Positions 58,140 through 64,000 of a stretch of DNA of 64,000 nt are shown piece after piece; position 1 is the first letter of the stretch; the number at the start of each line of letters is the position of its first letter. The notes beneath the pieces were generated by a model. It searched no databases and was not told where the DNA came from. It saw nothing but the letters and a program-made list of their open reading frames with translations. The stretch comes from Octopus vulgaris (taxonomy: Eukaryota): NCBI GenBank assembly GCA_951406725.2, contig OX597830.1:14632001-14696000 (forward strand), in the 5' to 3' direction. The position numbers were made by a program, and so were the translations under genes.

Positions 58140-59165
58140 TATATAATGTTTGTGTATCCATTTGATATATGCGTATATTCTGTGTTTATGCGTGTGTATA
58201 TGGGTGTAAATGCGCTTGTATGTGTGCGTGCCTCTGTGTGTGTGTGTGATGTTGTCTGACGTATGTGTATGCATTAACGGGGGATGTAGGACTTGATTCT
58301 TGAGATTATCTCCCTTTCTCATTTGAAGTTGGTTACAAATGACACCAGACGATTGCTGAGCCTTCACTTTTAATCGTAGATAAATTCTATAAATCAGAAT
58401 TTCTTCATTTACTTACCCATTTGTTCATCTTTGTTGTTTAAATGCCTGCCACTGGCCATGTGTTTTATTCCTGTATCAAATTCATTGTGAATCTGATATT
58501 TGTATAATATCAACTACTTCATATATAAACACACATATAAATCGTATAACACATTTTCTTATTAATTTATTGATCTTTCTTTATCTAGAGAATTTCCGTT
58601 TGTGTGTTGTTCAGATTCTGAGTTGTCGTATGCATCTCTATACTTTCATCAGTTTCTTCCGGAGTTCTGCCGCACATTTTATTGTTTTCCTTTCCATTAT
58701 TTTATCCTACAGTTTTACATAAGTATATAAAACGAGACAAATCTAGTTTCAAATATGTATGTTAAATACGACTGTTCTAGTATTATCTTTTTATAAAGGC
58801 CTTTTCATATTTTTCCATGTGTCTTGTCTCTTTAGAAGAGTAAGGTCTCTAAATCCATAATCAACGTGTCTATGTTAGATTTTCGTTGTCACATTTACAG
58901 TATAAAGTGTTGTAGATTTGCCACTAGTCAACTGTTTATACTTATTTCCCGATTACTGTATACTGTCTATATGCTTAATTTATGATTGTGCCTTATTTTT
59001 TCTGTCGACAAATTTAGAGGAAAATTCTGTAGATCATTGGTTTTCACCCGGGGTCCATGTGACCCTTGGGGGTCAACATAACATTTTATCGTGCAATAAA
59101 TTGTGCAATAAATTGATTATATCTCTGTATTACACAAAATGTTATTAGACTATTCCCAATAATGT

Positions 59166-59251
<86 letters not shown>

Positions 59252-59498
59252 AAGAAGAAGAAAGAAGAAGAAGAAGAAGATATTATTATAAAAGATCAGA
59301 CAAAAAAGATGTTTATTAATTGACATGAGTATTCATTGCGATCACAATAGAGCGGCGAAAGAATTTGATAAGATTATTAAATTTTCTCTGAATTTGCGCG
59401 TGTAATCTGGGAATGCATACAATGAGCTTCTCTGCCCTAGGTGTATGGAAAACACTCGGCGAGAAACGGAAGAAAATTTGAAGAAAGAAGGAAAGAAC

Positions 59499-59544
<46 letters not shown>

Positions 59545-59545
<1 letters not shown>

Positions 59546-60101
59546 TGCCCTGATGCAGTACCAGGCAGTGGCTCTCATGGCTTCTGATCTTAACTGATTG
59601 GAAGTGTTATCATGTACATTGTTTTGTCTTGGTATAAAAGATGGGCTACAGCAAATATTCTGATCAATACCACAGATTTGCTTGTCAGTTGTTTGACCTT
59701 AACCATTTGAGCATGTCCCTTAGTGGCTGACGATATGTGCATCTCTGATCACGAGCAGAAGTAGTGGGGGAGCATCATAGCCATATGTTGAGAGGGACTC
59801 TTTGGGGTTTGAATAATTCACCTCTGGAAACATGGGTGGTTCTTTCAACATCCTTAAACAACCCTTATTCAGGGACCTTTTGAGTGGGATGGGCTACTCA
59901 ACCTGAAGAAAATTCTAACTGGGCCCCACCTGCAAGGTCATGTACTGTTTATCTTGATATGAGATCACCATGTCGCGCACATATGGTTGTGATGCATGTG
60001 CCTGGTGTACCCTTATCAGACGGGTAGTCATGATGGGTATATTGGGCTTCGTATATTTTACCCCAGTATCACTTTGATGGCATGAACTGCTCTCTCACTC
60101 A
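59545..60101. mobile_element. Family E copy inside (AAT)n
   Basis: Same termini as the 44729 copy. Confidence 0.85.
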
Positions 60102-61146
60102 ATAATAATAATAATAATAATAATAATAATTAGAATTGTTTAATATATACACTGAATGGCTAGTAAAATCCTTGTATAGAAAATATTTAGATTTTCTTCT
60201 ACAAAAGCAATACTATATACTAAATAATCATCAACAACGTCTATACAATCAAAATAATTGAGAAAGCCAATGAGTGATACAGGAATAACAACACAACCAG
60301 AAATTTATTAAAAAACACAGTTAAAAAAATTACTAAAAATATATAAAGTTCACAGAAACTGTTATACTGATCAAATGCCTGTTAACTATAGGATAGCGGA
60401 ATACATTTAAAAAACCATTTACATTAAATCAAATTGCATTAGACCAAACCATTAACCAAAATTAACGATATACTTTTAAAAAACCACAGACGTTTAGGAC
60501 ATTTTTTTAAGCAAATCGCTGTTCATAGGAAGTAAACCTGCAAACTAACTGCTAATGACCAGAAGAGTCATTAGCAATTAAGTTGAAAGTTGAATTCAGA
60601 CGTGAAATATGTAAGAAGTCGAATGCAAACGTGAAACATGTAATTTCATTTTCCAACGGTTATATATATATCATAGAAATGAAATGCTGGTCCGTTAGTT
60701 CACCGTTCCTATATAAGGAGCAATTTCAATGGATTATATCATACAACACAAAGCATGAATCTACTGAAGAGCTCTAGTGAAGAGAAAGCCACATGAAATA
60801 GCAAACTGATTATGGGACTAATGATTGTGATGCAACACAAAGCAAAAGTAAAATAAATACAGAGACAGCCTACACTAGAAAAAAAATCATAAAAATAAAA
60901 TGCTGGGAAGTTCGACGATTTCATAACTTATGTTGAGATCTTATCTGTCTGTCTGTCTCTGTCTATCTCTCTCTCTCTCTCTCTTTGATTCTCTCTTTCT
61001 CTCTTTATATATTACATATATATATATATATATATGCGTGTACACACAACACACTCGCAAACACACACAAACACACATGTATATGCACATATATATATAT
61101 ATGAATAAATAAATGGAGTTTAACGCAGGTGTAATCAAATATTTTT

Positions 61147-61232
61147 ACTTTCGACACATGTTTCGAAAATTCCACTGATACTATTCAAAAGAATAAATGG
61201 TATAAACAATGCAATCTTCTCCTCAGGAAAGT
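61147..61232 (-). ncRNA. Type I hammerhead ribozyme, canonical core, long stem II
   Basis: actttc-CTGAGGA-gaagatt..aattttc-GAAA-catgtg-TC|gaaagt. Confidence 0.8.
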
Positions 61233-61343
61233 GAAAAATAACGAAACACGTCAATAAGACATTTTAGCAAAAAATGATAGATTTGTATAGCGATTTATTT
61301 ATTTTTTCCGTGTTAATTGTTAACAAGGTAAAAATACACTCAT

Positions 61344-61447
<104 letters not shown>

Positions 61448-62310
61448 CTTACGTATGTGTGCTTTGTATGTATGTGTGTGGAGGTAGGTAGATTAGTGGT
61501 TAGCGTAAGGCATTCGTGAACGTAAGCTAGTGGTTTCAATTCTTGGATCGGGCGATGCGATATGTTCTTGCGCAAAAAAAACTTCGTTTTGCGTTGTTCT
61601 GGTCCACTCAGTTGGTGAAGTGAGTAATCCTGCGATAAACTGGTGTTCCGTCCAGTGGTGGCGATAGATATAGGCACCACACGATCCAGGAAACGGCCTT
61701 ATGAACTTATGCCTCGGAACATGTATACAAGGTGTTTGTGTTAAATTTGCATAATAGGAAAATAAAACATTATCCCATCCAAACATAAAAGTATTCTAAA
61801 ACGTCCAAAAATTTGAACTAGATTATGCCTGGTAGATAAAAGTTTGCTCAAACTAGCCACGCTCAGGTTCTACCACGGCCTCAAGACGGCAATAAAAAAA
61901 CTGGCGCTCATACGAAACAATATGTTAAAAGAATAAGTGAAGTGGCATAGACTGGTGGGGTGGGAATAGCAAAAAGAATCTGTGAAGGAATACTCATTCA
62001 AGCCCAAAGGAGGAACAGTTCTGTGTGCGAATGCAATGTGTTGTTGGTTGTGTTTTGTGAAATATGCAGTTCCGTTGTTCGTAACAAACAGAAATACAGA
62101 AGACAAACAGGTTTAAATGACTGACCATGTTGATTCAATTGTTGAACCGTACGAAATGCGAAGATAGGTTGCTGAGATTCTCATAATCGCCGAGTCGTTA
62201 CTCGCCTTTCGGGAGCCACCCACATAATTTTCGTGATATAGTATGCATATCAAATTGGCAGACGAGAATCCGAACTTCGGTTTGACTTGCACTAATATTT
62301 ACAGTCAGTA

Positions 62311-62912
62311 AGGCAGCGAGCTGGCAGAAATGTTAGCACGCCGGGTGAAATGCTCAGCGGTATTTCGTCTGCCGCTACGTTCTGAGTTCAAATTCCGCCG
62401 AGGTCGACTTTGCCTTTCATCCTTTCGGGGTCGATTAAATAAGTACCAGTTACGCACTGGGATCGATGTAATCGACTTAATCCGTTTGTCTGTCCTTGTT
62501 TGTCCCTTCTATGTTTATCCCCTTGTGGGTAGTAAAGAAATAGGCATTTCTTCTGCCGTTACGTTCTAAGTTCAAATTCCGCCGAGGTCGACTTTGCTTT
62601 TCATCTTTCGGGGGTCGATAAATTAAGTACCAGTTACGCACTGGGGTCGATATAATCGACTTAATCTCTTTGTCTGTCCTTGTTTGTCCTCTTTATGTTT
62701 AGCCCCTTGTGGGTAGTAAAGAAAAAAGAAACGTTAGCACGCCGGGTGAAATGCCGAGCGCTATTTCGTCAGCCGTTACGTTCTTAGTTCAAATTCCGTC
62801 GAGGTCGACTTTGCCTTTCATCATCTCGGGATCGATTAAATAAGTACCAGTTACGCACTTTGTCCTTGTTTGTTCTCTCTATGTTTAGCCCCCTGTGGGC
62901 AATAAAGAAAGA
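62311..62912 (+). mobile_element. SINE family A trimer with a 16-bp TSD
   Basis: Three units; aatatttacagtcagt at 62294-62309 and 62913-62928. Confidence 0.9.
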
Positions 62913-64000
62913 AATATTTACAGTCAGTGATGATAGCCACTTTATTGATGCAGGTCAGATTATGTACGTTCAGCAAACCCACTTGAAAGTACCTGCTTCT
63001 CTATGGCTCTGTAAAGAATATCTAACTGGAAGGTTACTGAGATTCTTATCTCTATTGATAGAGAGGAGTGGTACTGCAAAGCGAACGGAAGGATTATAGG
63101 ATTATTAGAAATTACTGCTATTAGCCTGCGGCATATTAGCTATGGTAGATAATATAGGGGAAAGGAAAGGATGAACGGCGGTTAGTTTTTGCATTATAAT
63201 AAAATGCAAATAAAACACAAATTCCTTCACACAATATCGCCGAATCACAACTAACAAAACAGAAAACAGCTTAAGAAAAAAGAGAATACCTACTTACAAG
63301 TTCTCCAGCATCATGAAATGCTAAATAACAAAACGCTATTTGGACGAGGTGAGGAGAAGAATAACTAGAAGCAAAAAGCATGACATTTTAATGCATATAA
63401 CCTGAACAAGGACATGTAAAGGAACATAGTTTCCGCCTGAAGATCGCAGTTGCGAGAAACTGGAATTGTAAGAAATAAGGAATTCGATGTAAACAGTTAA
63501 AATAACCCGTGAAATATATTGCAGCCTTCACATTTTTTTTCTCCTCAAACCGGAACATACAGATACACATTATGCCTGTGTAGTGAGTTGCCTAATCTGC
63601 ATAAACTGCGCTTTTCATGGTTCATCACTAATTAGGTAGTATGTGCTTTTGTCGAGCAAAGTGTAAATCAAAAAAAAAATTGTAATAAATTAAAATACAA
63701 GCCGTTACTAAGTGATAAATAAGAACGTAAATACATTGGTTCTACTTTACTAATGAATGGGAAAAAAGGATAGGGAGTCTCCTGACGGACTGCTTCGGTG
63801 TTTTTTTTTTATTTTCTAGATATTATTTAACAAGTAAAGAGTTGTTATATTTAGAAATATACAAATCTGGCTATCCATCGTCACTACCATTGCCACAATC
63901 ACCACCACCACAACCACCATCACCACCTCCACCACAACCACCACAACCACCACAACCACCACCATCACCACCACCTCCACCACCACTACCGTCACCACTA

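Noticed and set aside
60760-60800. CTGAAGA-gctc..gag-aaa
   Set aside because: No stem III or cleavage site in register

Overview
AT-rich eukaryotic non-coding DNA, dense in microsatellites. The SINE families point to a coleoid cephalopod, probably Octopus (inference). Almost all six-frame ORFs are microsatellite read-throughs. Real coding remnants: a near-complete, frameshifted CR1/L2-group LINE ORF2 (19107-22245, -), several R4/Dong-type LINE fragments, a decayed Penelope-like RT/GIY-YIG, and a Tc1/mariner transposase C-terminus. Also present: at least six short retroposon families, two non-autonomous Helitrons, a TIR MITE, several fold-back elements and weak host-exon candidates. The main hidden signal is RNA structure. 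About a dozen hammerhead ribozyme (HHR) motifs, read by eye, sit in short non-coding Penelope-like modules beside (TA)n tracts; four retain the canonical core. One two-copy family (9797-9873 + and 41572-41647 -) has the three hammerhead strands in a non-circularly permuted order, supported by compensatory base changes. All structure calls are manual and untested.
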